A stretch of DNA of 64,000 nucleotides from Christensenellaceae bacterium (lineage in GTDB: Bacteria; Bacillota; Clostridia; Christensenellales; Borkfalkiaceae): the NCBI GenBank assembly GCA_045644385.1, contig JAZRGU010000007.1, positions 1,618 to 65,617 on the forward strand, given 5' to 3'. The notes beneath the pieces were generated by a model. It saw only the letters and a list, made by a program, of their open reading frames with translations. It was not told the origin of the DNA and did not search any database. A program made the position numbers and the translations under genes. Below are positions 54,902-64,000 of the stretch, piece after piece. The stretch's first letter is position 1. Each line of letters begins with the position of its first letter.

Positions 54902-56362
54902 ATGTCGTTCTGTAACTACTCAAAAGAAAACACGTCTAGCGGAAAGTTAATTTTAGACAATTTGTTTGTTTCAAACTACCTTCCCGAACTTAATAACGAC
55001 GCTGTAAAGGTATACCTTTACGGCTTGTATTTATGCCAAAATTCTTCTATTGATTTTGACGTTGACGCAATGGCAAATTCCCTTAATATTTCTAAAAGCG
55101 AACTAATAGATAACTTTAAATACCTTGAAGAATTCGGTTTAGTTTCTATAATTTTAAACGACCCTTTTACAGTAAATTATATTCCCGTTGGCGACAATAG
55201 CGTTAAATATAAGCGTTATAAACCCGAAAAATACGAAGATTTATCAAAGGCACTTCAAGTTTTTATTTCAGAACGTATGATAAGCACGTCTGAATACGCG
55301 GAATACTTTAACCTACTTGAAAGCACGCCGTTAAAGCCGGAAGCCTTTTTAATGATTGTAAAATACTGCACCGATTTAAAAGGGGCGGATATTTCTTATA
55401 AGTACATTTTAACAGTTTCAAAAGATTTTATAAGCAAAAACGTAACGACGCCCGAAGCCGTAGAAAAAGAACTTTCAGGCTACAACTTATTAACAAAAGA
55501 AATAGGCGACCTTTTTAGAACGCTAAAAATTACGCGTAAGCAAGAAGTTGAAGATATTCAACTTTATAAAAAATGGTATAAAAATTACAATTTTGAGCCT
55601 GAAATTATCAATTACACGGCAAAATTATATAAAATTAAAAGTTTAAAAAGCCTAGATAAAGTGTTTGACGAATTATACGGCGCAAAATGCTTTACCAAAG
55701 AAGACGTAAGCGCATACCATAAATCTAAACAAGAAAAACAAGATTTAAGTATAGAAATTTGCAAAGCGCTTGGCATATACGTAGAAATTCACGATTCCGT
55801 TATATCTAATTACGTTTCCCCTTGGCTTTCTATGGGATACAGCGCGCAAACGCTTGTTTTTATTGCTAACTACTGTTTTAAAAACAACAGGCGCACTCTT
55901 GAACAAATGAACGTAACCGTAAATAATTTAATGAAACTTGGCTACGTTACACTTGAAGATATTATTAATTACATTAACGAGTTTAACAGCACCGATAAGT
56001 TCATTTATAAAATACTTGAATATTTGGGTCTTACAAGAAAGCCAAACGGTTGGGATAGAGAAAACGTTAAAATTTGGCGTAGGGACTGGAACTTTTCTGA
56101 CGAAATAATTTTAGAGTCTGCAAAGCGCGCTTCAAATACCGAAAACCCAATTCCGTATATGAACGCTATTTTATCTAACTGGAAAAATAAAGGCGCGTAC
56201 ACTATTGAGCAAATTAACAGCATTTCGCCTATTAGTAACAATAAAAACGCCAACACTAAAACTGCACAGCATTTTGCAAACGAACGCACTTACACTAAAA
56301 AAGAACTTGACGACCTTATTGAATCGCTAGACGATATAAAGGAGTTATATGATAAAATCTAA
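54902..56362 (+). CDS. DnaD-domain replication initiation protein (Bacillus DnaB/DnaD-like helicase-loading factor)
   Basis: 486 aa with two DnaB_2/DnaD-type C-terminal repeats. The last one contains NPIPYMNAILSNWKNKG. It is translationally coupled to dnaI. Confidence 0.7.
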   Translation: MSFCNYSKENTSSGKLILDNLFVSNYLPELNNDAVKVYLYGLYLCQNSSIDFDVDAMANSLNISKSELIDNFKYLEEFGLVSIILNDPFTVNYIPVGDNSVKYKRYKPEKYEDLSKALQVFISERMISTSEYAEYFNLLESTPLKPEAFLMIVKYCTDLKGADISYKYILTVSKDFISKNVTTPEAVEKELSGYNLLTKEIGDLFRTLKITRKQEVEDIQLYKKWYKNYNFEPEIINYTAKLYKIKSLKSLDKVFDELYGAKCFTKEDVSAYHKSKQEKQDLSIEICKALGIYVEIHDSVISNYVSPWLSMGYSAQTLVFIANYCFKNNRRTLEQMNVTVNNLMKLGYVTLEDIINYINEFNSTDKFIYKILEYLGLTRKPNGWDRENVKIWRRDWNFSDEIILESAKRASNTENPIPYMNAILSNWKNKGAYTIEQINSISPISNNKNANTKTAQHFANERTYTKKELDDLIESLDDIKELYDKI

Positions 56363-57257
56363 CGTAATATTGCAACAAGTAAACGATTTTTACGTTAACA
56401 AAAAAACAAAAACTTTGGCTAAAAAAGAGTATTTTAACAACTTGCTAAACCAAAATAAAGACTACGTTTTACTGTACAACAAAATAGGCGCAACCAAATT
56501 AGATTTAGCAAAACAAGAATATTTAAACAACCAAGAAGAAGTTGAAAAACTACAAAAATCGCTTAACAAGTTAAATATAAAACTTAATAAAATTTTAGAA
56601 GATATCGGATATTTTAAATATTTTTCTAACAACGAATACGACTGCAAAACGTGTAAAGACAGCGGTTTTGTTAACGGAAAAAGATGCTTTTGTTACGTCA
56701 AAAAAATTACGGAAGTAAGCCTAAACTATTTAGGCGTTATAAATAAAGAGCCTTGCCTATTTAGCGATGCAAACGCCCCGTCTATACAAAAGCAAAAAGT
56801 GTTATTACAAAAATACGCAACTAACTTTCCAAACAACAACGTTAAAAATTTTGTGCTAACGGGAAAGGTTGGCACAGGCAAAACTTTTTTAAGTAAATGC
56901 GTGTTAAACACCGTAAACCAAAAGGGCTATAACGGAGTGTTTTTAACCGCCAACGAACTTAACAATTTGTTTTTAAAAATGCATTTAGGCGAAGTTCAAA
57001 AAACCGTTGTAAACGAAATTTTATATAATTGCGACCTTTTAGTTATTGACGATTTAGGAACTGAACCTATATATAATAACGTTACGCCTGAATACCTTTT
57101 AGCATTAATTAGCGATAGAATAGATAAAAAATCTCCGTTTATAATCACCACTAACCTATCTAACGAAGAACTTATAAATAAATATAACGAACGCTTTGTT
57201 TCAAGATTAAAAACGGCAATGTTTTTACCTTTTAACGACAAAGACCTTCGCAAGTAA
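56349..57257 (+). CDS. dnaI: Helicase loader DnaI/DnaC-family AAA+ ATPase
   Basis: 302 aa with an N-terminal zinc-type CKTCKDSGFVNGKRCFC, Walker A GKVGTGKTF and Walker B LLVIDDLG. Confidence 0.8.
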   Translation: MIKSNVILQQVNDFYVNKKTKTLAKKEYFNNLLNQNKDYVLLYNKIGATKLDLAKQEYLNNQEEVEKLQKSLNKLNIKLNKILEDIGYFKYFSNNEYDCKTCKDSGFVNGKRCFCYVKKITEVSLNYLGVINKEPCLFSDANAPSIQKQKVLLQKYATNFPNNNVKNFVLTGKVGTGKTFLSKCVLNTVNQKGYNGVFLTANELNNLFLKMHLGEVQKTVVNEILYNCDLLVIDDLGTEPIYNNVTPEYLLALISDRIDKKSPFIITTNLSNEELINKYNERFVSRLKTAMFLPFNDKDLRK

Positions 57258-57363
57258 CAACTGTTTAACTACAAAGACCTTCGCAGGTAACAACTGTTTA
57301 ACTACAAAGACCTTCGCAAGTAACAACTGTTTAACTACAAAGACCTTCGCAGGTAACAACTGT
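57238..57363 (+). repeat. 33-bp tandem repeat (about 3.8 copies). The first copy contains the dnaI stop codon.
   Basis: The unit is acaaagaccttcgca[a/g]gtaacaactgtttaact, starting at 57238, 57271, 57304 and 57337. The A/G position alternates between successive copies. Confidence 0.9.
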
Positions 57364-57386
57364 AAAAGGCAATATAATAATAAAAA

Positions 57387-57427
57387 AGCGGTTAGAATTT
57401 ATCGTAATTCTAACCGCTGTCTTTTTT
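57387..57427. terminator. Bidirectional terminator between the convergent dnaI and dnaJ genes
   Basis: AGCGGTTAGAATT-tatcgt-AATTCTAACCGCT is flanked by AAAAA and TTTTTT. Confidence 0.8.
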
Positions 57428-58553
57428 ATTTCTTTTTATAACTATCAACGCCAAAAAGTGATTTCATATCTGCGTCGTACCTTTTAATTTTATCGTACTG
57501 TTTAAAATCAACGTCTGCGTCAAATTTTTCTAAACTTGCTTTTTGCGAGCGTGAAATTCTTGTTGGAACTTCAATAGTTACGGTTACGTACATATCGCCA
57601 GTGCCTTGCCTAGACTTAATACCCTTACCGCGTACGATAAATTTTTTACCGCTTTGCGTACCTTCGGGAATTGAAAATTCAATAGCGTCTTCAAGCGTTG
57701 GTATCATAACTTTTCCGCCTAAAACCGCAGTTTTATAAGAAATAGGAAGTTCTATAAAAATATCGTAACCCTTTCTTACAAACATTTTATGCGAAAGCAC
57801 TTTAAATACCACTATTAAGTCGCCCGCGTCGCCACCTTTTGTAGAAGCGTCGCCATAACCGCGCTTTTTCATATATGAATTAGTGTCCGCACCGGCAGGA
57901 ATATCAAGCGTAACGGTAGTGTTTTTCTTGTTGTAACCCCTACCCGAACAAGCGTCGCATTTTTCGGTAATCTTTTTGCCCGTTCCCGAACACTCTGGAC
58001 ACGCTTTTACGCTAATTGAACGGAAAATTCCACCGCCCGACATATATTGAACTTGACCGCTTCCGCCACAATTTTTACACGTTGAGTATTGAGTGCCGTT
58101 TTTTGCGCCCGTGCTTTTACAAGCCGAGCAAGGCTCTTTACGCACGTATGTAACGTCACGCTTGCAACCTTTTGCAGCGTCTAAAAAAGAAAGTTCTAAT
58201 TCAAGCGTTACGTCTTGCCCCTTGGTATTACGTTCAGTGTAACCGCTACTACCACCTGTAAATTGGCTAAATATATCTCCAAAAATATCGCCAAAACCGC
58301 CAAATCCGCCGTCGCCACCAAAGTTAAAGCCACCCATGTTAGGATGTTCTTGTTCAAAATCGTATTGCCTGCGTTTTTGCGGGTCGGAAAGAACTTCGTT
58401 AGCCTCGTTAACTTCTTTAAATTTAGCGGCACAGTTGGCGTCCCCAGGGTGTAAATCAGGGTGATATTGCTTAACTAGTTTTCTGTATGCACTTTTAATC
58501 TCGTCTTGCGTGGCGTCTTTTTTAACGCCTAAAATATCGTAATAATTTGCCAT
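57426..58553 (-). CDS. dnaJ: Molecular chaperone DnaJ
   Basis: 375 aa with a J-domain (HPD), a G/F-rich region and four CxxCxGxG zinc-finger repeats. Confidence 0.95.
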   Translation of the reverse strand: MANYYDILGVKKDATQDEIKSAYRKLVKQYHPDLHPGDANCAAKFKEVNEANEVLSDPQKRRQYDFEQEHPNMGGFNFGGDGGFGGFGDIFGDIFSQFTGGSSGYTERNTKGQDVTLELELSFLDAAKGCKRDVTYVRKEPCSACKSTGAKNGTQYSTCKNCGGSGQVQYMSGGGIFRSISVKACPECSGTGKKITEKCDACSGRGYNKKNTTVTLDIPAGADTNSYMKKRGYGDASTKGGDAGDLIVVFKVLSHKMFVRKGYDIFIELPISYKTAVLGGKVMIPTLEDAIEFSIPEGTQSGKKFIVRGKGIKSRQGTGDMYVTVTIEVPTRISRSQKASLEKFDADVDFKQYDKIKRYDADMKSLFGVDSYKKK

Positions 58554-58614
58554 AATAAACCTATATTAAAGTAGTAAATGAAGGGCGTTATGCCCTTCAT
58601 TTATTTAATTTTTA

Positions 58615-60417
58615 TTAGTTTTGATGAAACTCTGTATCTCCGTCGTCATTATTATCGCCGTTTGGGTTAGCGTTTGCGCCACCTGCTTGTTGATAGAGTT
58701 TAGCAAAAATTGCTTGCGCTTCCGTATTCAACTTTTCAGTAGCGGCTTTAATACGTTCGTCGTCGTTAGATTCAAGTTCAACTTTTGCATCTTTAACGAG
58801 TTCTTCAAGTTTTGCTTTATCTTCTTCCGCAATCTTGTCGCCGTTTTCTTTTAACGCTTTTTCCATTTGGAAAATCATACCGTCAAGCGCGTTTCTATTG
58901 TCAACCGACTCTTTTCTCTTTTTATCTTCTTCCGCGTATTGTTCGGCTTCTTTAACCGCCTTGTTGATTTCTTCTTCCGATAAGTTAGTAGAAGAAGTTA
59001 TAGTAATATCGGCACTCTTTTGCGTTCCTAAATCTTTTGCGGTTACGTGAACTATACCGTTAGCGTCAATATCAAAAGTTACTTCAATTTGTGGAATACC
59101 CCTTGGAGCAGGAGCAATTCCCGTAAGGTTGAATTGACCAAGAGTTTTATTATCTTTTGCAAACTTTCTTTCGCCTTGTAATACGTGAATAGTAACTTCC
59201 GGTTGGTTATCCGCAGCAGTAGAGAACACTTGCGATTTTTTTGCAGGAATAGTCGTATTTCTTTCAATAAGTGGAGTGCAAATTCCACCAAGAGTTTCAA
59301 TACCAAGCGTAAGTGGAGTTACGTCTAAAAGCAACACGTCTTTAACTTCGCCTGTTAATACACCGCCTTGAATAGCAGCGCCGATTGCAACGCACTCGTC
59401 TGGGTTAATGCCTTTAAACGGCTCTTTGCCCGTAACTGCTTTTACTCTTTCTACAACGGCTGGAATTCTAGTTGAACCACCAACTAAAATAACCTTTGCT
59501 ATATCGCCGTAAGAAAGCCCTGCGTCCGCCATAGCCTTTGTAAGCGGTTCAATAGTCTTTTCTACAAGGTCTTCCGTTAAAGCGTTGAATTTTTGCCTTG
59601 TTAAAGTTACGTCAAGGTGTTTAGGACCGTTAGCGTCCGCCGTAATAAACGGTAAGTTTACGTTTGTGTTAGACATACTTGAAAGTTCAATTTTAGCCTT
59701 TTCAGACGCTTCTTTTAAGCGTTGCATTGCCATTTTGTCTTTTGATAAGTCAATGCCTTCTTTTGCTTTAAAGTCTTCAACCAAATAGTCCATAACTTTT
59801 TTATCAAAATCGTCGCCACCCAAGAAGCAGTTTCCGTTAGTTGCTAAAACTTCAAACACGCCGTCGCCAATATCTAAAATAGAAACGTCAAACGTACCAC
59901 CGCCAAGGTCGTAAATTATAACTTTGTGTGAGTTAGTGTCTTTATCAAGACCGTAAGCAAGTGCCGCAGCAGTAGGCTCGTTTATTACGCGAAGAACGTT
60001 TAATCCCGCAATTTTGCCCGCGTCTTTGGTTGCTTGACGTTGCGCGTCGTTAAAATATGCAGGGCAAGTTATTACCGCGTCTTTTACGGTTTCGCCAAGA
60101 TATGACTCCGCGTCCTTTTTTAATTTTGAAAGTATCATAGCGGAAATTTCTTGTGGAGAATACTTTTTATCGTCTATGCTAACCTTATAATCGCTACCCA
60201 TATGCCTTTTTATAGATAACACGGTTCTATCGCTGTTAGCAACCGCTTGCCTTTTTGCAACTTGACCAACAAGCCTTTCCCCGTCTTTTTGAAAACCTAC
60301 TACTGACGGAGTAGTTCTTGCGCCCTCCGCATTTGCTATAACTACGGGCTCGCCACCTTCCATAACTGCTACGCACGAGTTAGTTGTTCCTAAATCTATA
60401 CCTATTATTTTACTCAT
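58615..60417 (-). CDS. dnaK: Molecular chaperone DnaK
   Basis: 600 aa with the Hsp70 signatures [10 protein letters not shown] and DLGGGTFD. Confidence 0.97.
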   Translation of the reverse strand: MSKIIGIDLGTTNSCVAVMEGGEPVVIANAEGARTTPSVVGFQKDGERLVGQVAKRQAVANSDRTVLSIKRHMGSDYKVSIDDKKYSPQEISAMILSKLKKDAESYLGETVKDAVITCPAYFNDAQRQATKDAGKIAGLNVLRVINEPTAAALAYGLDKDTNSHKVIIYDLGGGTFDVSILDIGDGVFEVLATNGNCFLGGDDFDKKVMDYLVEDFKAKEGIDLSKDKMAMQRLKEASEKAKIELSSMSNTNVNLPFITADANGPKHLDVTLTRQKFNALTEDLVEKTIEPLTKAMADAGLSYGDIAKVILVGGSTRIPAVVERVKAVTGKEPFKGINPDECVAIGAAIQGGVLTGEVKDVLLLDVTPLTLGIETLGGICTPLIERNTTIPAKKSQVFSTAADNQPEVTIHVLQGERKFAKDNKTLGQFNLTGIAPAPRGIPQIEVTFDIDANGIVHVTAKDLGTQKSADITITSSTNLSEEEINKAVKEAEQYAEEDKKRKESVDNRNALDGMIFQMEKALKENGDKIAEEDKAKLEELVKDAKVELESNDDERIKAATEKLNTEAQAIFAKLYQQAGGANANPNGDNNDDGDTEFHQN

Positions 60418-60460
60418 AATATATCTCCTTTACCTTATTTATTATATTTTATGTACGCTT

Positions 60461-61000
60461 TTAGCCAATTACAACGACTTGCGCATACCTAATAACTTTA
60501 TCGCCACATTTGTAGCCTTTTAAAAATACTTGTTTAACAGTTCCTTCAACTTCGCCTTCTTGCCTTTCAACTTTCATAACGGCTTCTTGCGTGTTGGGGT
60601 CAAAAACTTCGCCTAGCGGATTAATTGCCGTAAAACCTTCGGCTTCTAGCGTTTCTTTAAATTGACGCGCCATCATAGTTAAACCTTCTTTGGTCTTTTC
60701 GTCAAGGTCCATAGAAAGCGCCCTATCTAAATTGTCGCCAACCACCAATATTTTAGATACTATATCGTATTTGCCTTCTTTATAAGCGTTAATTCTGGTT
60801 TCTTGATTGCGTTTTTTAAAGTTTTCAAAATCCGCAGCGGTGCGAACCCAACTATCTTTAAAAGAAGCGCTTTCTTTTATTAGTTTTTCGTTTTCCGCTT
60901 TTAACGCTTCGTTTTCTTCAATTAATTGCTTTAAAGTAGGCTTTTTTGCCGACGTTTTTGCTTGACTTTGTTCGTTATTAATTTCTTTATTGTTTTCCAT
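60461..61000 (-). CDS. grpE: Nucleotide exchange factor GrpE
   Basis: 179 aa with a coiled-coil followed by RTAADFENFKKR. It sits between hrcA and dnaK. Confidence 0.9.
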   Translation of the reverse strand: MENNKEINNEQSQAKTSAKKPTLKQLIEENEALKAENEKLIKESASFKDSWVRTAADFENFKKRNQETRINAYKEGKYDIVSKILVVGDNLDRALSMDLDEKTKEGLTMMARQFKETLEAEGFTAINPLGEVFDPNTQEAVMKVERQEGEVEGTVKQVFLKGYKCGDKVIRYAQVVVIG

Positions 61001-61002
61001 TT

Positions 61003-62034
61003 TTACCTACCCGATAAAATACTTTCTAAAATTTTGCCAACGTTTTCTAGCACCGCAACTACTTTTTGATAATCCATACGCGCAGGTCCTATAACGCCGT
61101 AAGTACCTATTTTTTTTCCGTTTGCCGTATAGGTTGCCGATACAACCGAACAGTCTTTTGGAAGTTCGCTAGCGTAATCAGTGCCTATTTTTACGTTGAA
61201 TTTTAATTCTTTATTGTCTTCACTTAATAAGTTAAAGACTTTATCTTTTTTAGTTACGACGGATAAAAACTCTTTTATTTTACCAACGTCCGTATACTCG
61301 GCGTGTTTTAAAATTTTATCTTCGCCTTCCATTAAAACTTCACTTTCCGACTCTGAAAAATAAACTTTTAACGCTTCTATAACGTTTATAAATATCGTTT
61401 TATATCCGCTAAAACTTTCGTTAAAGTCAATTTCAGTTTGGCATATTTCTTTAAAAGTTTTGCCAGAAAACAACTTATTTATAAGTGCGCTGGCTTCTTC
61501 AAGCCCTTCGTCCGTCATGCTAGGCGGAATAGAAATAAAATTGTCTTTTAAAAGTTTAACGTCCGTAACTATTAAAACGAGTGCGGTTTCGGGCTTAAAG
61601 CGGAAAAATTTTATTTCACGCAATCTATCGTCTTCCCCTTTGGAGTGAACGCCTACGGAAGTATAATCCGTAAGTTCGCTTATAACCTTAACGGCGCTTT
61701 TTAAAACGTTTTCTATATTATCAGTTTTTTCTAAAAATATATTTTTAATATAGTTTAATTCTTTTTGCGAGAGTTTATCTTTCGTCATAAGTTCTGAAAC
61801 GTATAATTTATACGCTTCCGGCGAAGGAACTCTTCCCGACGAAGTGTGTAATTGCGTTAAATATCCGAGTTCTTCTAGCGAAGATAACTCCGCCCTAACC
61901 GTTGCCGAACTTATATCCGACATATATTTATCCGTAATTGCTTTTGAAGAAACGGGAACGGCGGTGTCTATATAATCGTCAACCACTATTTGAAGAATTT
62001 TCTTTTTTCTTTCACTTAATTCTATATTTGGCAC
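61003..62034 (-). CDS. hrcA: Heat-inducible transcriptional repressor HrcA
   Basis: 343 aa with a GTG start after GGGGG. It has LSERKKKILQIVVDDYI and GYLTQLHTSSGRVP. A CIRCE operator lies upstream. Confidence 0.9.
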   Translation of the reverse strand: MPNIELSERKKKILQIVVDDYIDTAVPVSSKAITDKYMSDISSATVRAELSSLEELGYLTQLHTSSGRVPSPEAYKLYVSELMTKDKLSQKELNYIKNIFLEKTDNIENVLKSAVKVISELTDYTSVGVHSKGEDDRLREIKFFRFKPETALVLIVTDVKLLKDNFISIPPSMTDEGLEEASALINKLFSGKTFKEICQTEIDFNESFSGYKTIFINVIEALKVYFSESESEVLMEGEDKILKHAEYTDVGKIKEFLSVVTKKDKVFNLLSEDNKELKFNVKIGTDYASELPKDCSVVSATYTANGKKIGTYGVIGPARMDYQKVVAVLENVGKILESILSGR

Positions 62035-62050
62035 ACTAGACCCCCGATTG

Positions 62051-62077
62051 TTAGCACTCTTTTGTTGCGAGTGCTAA
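62051..62077 (-). promoter_or_regulatory. CIRCE operator (HrcA binding site)
   Basis: TTAGCACTC-N9-GAGTGCTAA is a perfect match to the consensus. It lies 17 nt upstream of the hrcA start. Confidence 0.9.
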
Positions 62078-62087
62078 TTTTTTCTTA

Positions 62088-62116
62088 ATTGTACAACCTA
62101 AAACGCAGTTTGTCAA
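62088..62116 (-). promoter_or_regulatory. Promoter of the hrcA-grpE-dnaK-dnaJ operon (TTGACA-17-TACAAT)
   Basis: The -35 is at 62111-62116 and the -10 at 62088-62093 (plus-strand coordinates). CIRCE follows immediately downstream. Confidence 0.6.
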
Positions 62117-62247
62117 TAGATTTTGACTACTTTTTATAAAATATTTTTTATTAATTTTTACAAAGTTTTTTTATGCAATAAAATTTAACGTAACTTTACT
62201 TTTTAACGCTATAAAATAAATATTTTTTGAATAACTATTAAAAACGC

Positions 62248-62276
62248 TTGAATTTTTACGTTTTATAATGTATAAT
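62248..62276 (+). promoter_or_regulatory. Promoter of the tRNA-Thr gene (TTGAAT-17-TATAAT)
   Basis: The -35 is at 62248-62253 and the -10 at 62271-62276, about 40 nt upstream of the tRNA. Confidence 0.5.
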
Positions 62277-62318
62277 ACCCTAGTAATAAGATTTTAAAAC
62301 TTATTTAACTAATATTTC

Positions 62319-62394
62319 GCTACTGTGGCTCAGGTGGTAGAGCAGCTGATTCGTAATCAGCAGGTCGGGGGTCCGAGTCCCCCCAGTAGCTCCA
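62319..62394 (+). tRNA. tRNA-Thr (anticodon CGU) with encoded CCA
   Basis: Hand-folded cloverleaf: acceptor GCTACTG/CAGTAGC, D stem GCTC/GAGC, anticodon stem GCTGA/TCAGC with loop TTCGTAA, T stem GGGGG/CCCCC, then T and CCA. Total length is 76 nt. Confidence 0.85.
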
Positions 62395-62400
62395 AAAAAT

Positions 62401-62438
62401 AAGCACGCTTGTTTTGAACTCAAAACAAGCGTGCTTTT
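62401..62438 (+). terminator. Intrinsic terminator after the tRNA
   Basis: A 16-bp stem AAGCACGCTTGTTTTG / CAAAACAAGCGTGCTT is followed by TTTT. Confidence 0.75.
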
Positions 62439-62545
62439 ACGTGTTTTTATTTGTTTTTGTAAATTCACAGCCACGTCTATAAGCAATAATAGCCTAGCCG
62501 TTAAAAACGACAAGCAAAGCCGTTATAACGTGTTAAAAAGTTGCT

Positions 62546-63472
62546 TTAATGTATTTTTTCTACGTAAATTTTTTGGTAAATTTCTTCAAATTTATCTCTA
62601 TAAAATAAATTTGTGCCAGACGTAGTTATAGAAGCCGTGCCAGCCGATACCGCACATCTTAAAATTTCGGTATTTTCCGCGCCGTTTTCTATCATTAAAC
62701 ATGCGGCGGCAACCATACTGTCGCCCGCGCCGACGGTAGAATTTACGGCAACCGACGCGCTTTTACAAAAATAAGAGTTAGTGCCGTTTGTAAAAATTGC
62801 ACCTTCACGTCCAAGAGATAACAATACGTTTTCACAGCCCGCGTCAATTAGTTTTCCGCACGCTTTTAACATATCGGGTATAGTTTTTAATTTAGCGTTT
62901 ACGGCGCCTTCTAGTTCCACTAAATTCGGCTTAACCATATACGCACCGCTTGACAGTGCGTGTACTAATTTAGCGCCTTCTATATCCACTACTTTTTTAA
63001 CCTTTTTATCAATGGCGTTTAAAAGCTCGCAATAATACCCGTCCCCTACGCCTTGCGGTAAAGAACCGCTTATAATTGCAACGGATGCTTTTTTAGATAA
63101 GTTTCCCACAAGCGAAACTAATTCTTGCTGTTTTTCGCTAACGACTTCTTCGCCAATATCGTTTATTTCGGTTAACATAGACTTATTGTCTACTATTTTA
63201 TAGTTAATTCTAACGCTACCTTTATTCCAAATAAAAGTATTCTTTACGCCTTCGTTATCAAGGCGTTGAACGAACAAACTACCGTCGTTTTCATACATAA
63301 AACCCGTTGCGTAACTGTCGCCACCAAGCCTACTTACGCCTATTGCCGAGTTTAAGGCTTTTCCTGAATAAGTAACCGTTTTATTTGCAATTCTATTTAA
63401 CCTGCCAACGTTTAACTGTTCTAACTCTACCGTGCAGTCTATACTAGGGTTAGGGCAAATGCTTAATATCAT
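62546..63472 (-). CDS. PfkB-family hexose-phosphate kinase (1-phosphofructokinase-like)
   Basis: 308 aa. It starts MILSICPNPSIDCTVEL (FruK/LacC-type start) and has a C-terminal GAGDSMVAA. Confidence 0.75.
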   Translation of the reverse strand: MILSICPNPSIDCTVELEQLNVGRLNRIANKTVTYSGKALNSAIGVSRLGGDSYATGFMYENDGSLFVQRLDNEGVKNTFIWNKGSVRINYKIVDNKSMLTEINDIGEEVVSEKQQELVSLVGNLSKKASVAIISGSLPQGVGDGYYCELLNAIDKKVKKVVDIEGAKLVHALSSGAYMVKPNLVELEGAVNAKLKTIPDMLKACGKLIDAGCENVLLSLGREGAIFTNGTNSYFCKSASVAVNSTVGAGDSMVAAACLMIENGAENTEILRCAVSAGTASITTSGTNLFYRDKFEEIYQKIYVEKIH

Positions 63473-63476
63473 TTTA

Positions 63477-64000
63477 TCACTCTTTATCTTTTTTTGCTTG
63501 CGCTATTATTTTTGCTTGTTGGTCGTAAGGCACTTCTTCGTACCTAACGAATTCCGCCGTAAACGTTCCGCGACCTTGCGTAACACTTCTTAAATCGGCT
63601 GAATATTCTAAAATTTCACTTTCTGGAACTTCGGCTATAATAACCGACTTATCTTCTACGTTATCGGTAGAAAGTATTCTTCCGCGTCGCTTATTTAAAT
63701 CGCCCATAATATCACCCATATAAACGTCGGGCGCGGTAATCGTTACAGACGAAACCGGCTCTAAAATTACGGGGTCTGCGTTTAAAATACCTTCGCTATA
63801 CGCAATTTTTGCCGCCGAAACAAAGGCAACCTCTTTACTGTCTACGGGGTGAGAACTACCGTCAAACAACGTTGCTTTTAGGTTGATAAGCGGATATCCT
63901 GCTAAAACGCCTTCTTTAATGGCTTCACGTAAACCTTTGTCTACCGCGGGGATAAATTGTTTTGGTACGGCACCGCCTACAACGGCGTCTACAAACTCGT
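63477..64000 (-). CDS. Elongation factor G family GTPase, C-terminal part (domains IV-V). The gene continues beyond the window end.
   Basis: The frame stays open to position 64000. Hand translation of 63870-64000 gives EFVDAVVGGAVPKQFIPAVDKGLREAIKEGVLAGYPLINLKATLFD, contiguous with GSSHPVDSKEVAF... This is the EF-G domain IV pattern. Confidence 0.8.
   Translation of the reverse strand, partial: EFVDAVVGGAVPKQFIPAVDKGLREAIKEGVLAGYPLINLKATLFDGSSHPVDSKEVAFVSAAKIAYSEGILNADPVILEPVSSVTITAPDVYMGDIMGDLNKRRGRILSTDNVEDKSVIIAEVPESEILEYSADLRSVTQGRGTFTAEFVRYEEVPYDQQAKIIAQAKKDKE

Noticed and set aside
54794-57425. Possible replication origin, because dnaD-like, dnaI, the helicase and sbcCD cluster here
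   Set aside because: No dnaA or dnaN is present and there is no cluster of TTATCCACA-like DnaA boxes. I saw only isolated partial matches, for example near 6510. The AT-rich spacers are of ordinary promoter size.
62301-62625. ORFs of 70 aa (minus strand) and 64 aa (plus strand) around the tRNA
   Set aside because: The first is antisense across the tRNA-Thr gene and its terminator. The second runs through the terminator hairpin and the 3' end of the PfkB-family gene. Neither has an SD.

Overview
This is an AT-rich chromosomal core segment of a Firmicutes/Clostridia-type bacterium. Supporting signals are a T-box leader on pheST, a CIRCE operator on hrcA-grpE-dnaK-dnaJ, YunB and PdaB-like sporulation proteins, DnaD/DnaI-type helicase loading genes, and rimP in the usual polC neighbourhood. 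About 60 CDS are supported, most of them on the minus strand, plus one tRNA-Thr(CGU). The content is overwhelmingly housekeeping: ispG, coaX, rho, thiI with a cysteine desulfurase, mutS2, a U32 peptidase, pheST, clpC, galU, upp, rpiB, tsaC, the replicative helicase, pepF, lepB, sbcCD, the dnaK operon, a PfkB kinase and EF-G. I see no transposase, integrase, CRISPR array, restriction or toxin module, and no other recognisable defence island. I therefore cannot point to a convincing new multi-gene system. The points worth a second look are smaller. (1) A polymerase-less PolC-like protein (N-domain, OB fold, exonuclease) sits where polC normally lies. (2) An HTH-NadE fusion has a glutaminase domain that appears to have lost its whole catalytic triad. 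(3) A 706-bp gene-free region contains back-to-back near-consensus promoters driving two short terminated transcripts, one carrying three SD+ATG micro-ORFs. (4) The replicative helicase has a repeat-encoded acidic tail resembling the SSB C-terminal tip. (5) Imperfect tandem duplications with 28-34 bp periods straddle the stop codons of rpiB, sbcC and dnaI. (6) An ArsR/SmtB regulator is flanked by two tiny hydrophobic Cys-containing ORFs. Product calls come from motif recognition by eye, not from database searches. Promoter, terminator and sRNA calls are sequence-pattern inferences.
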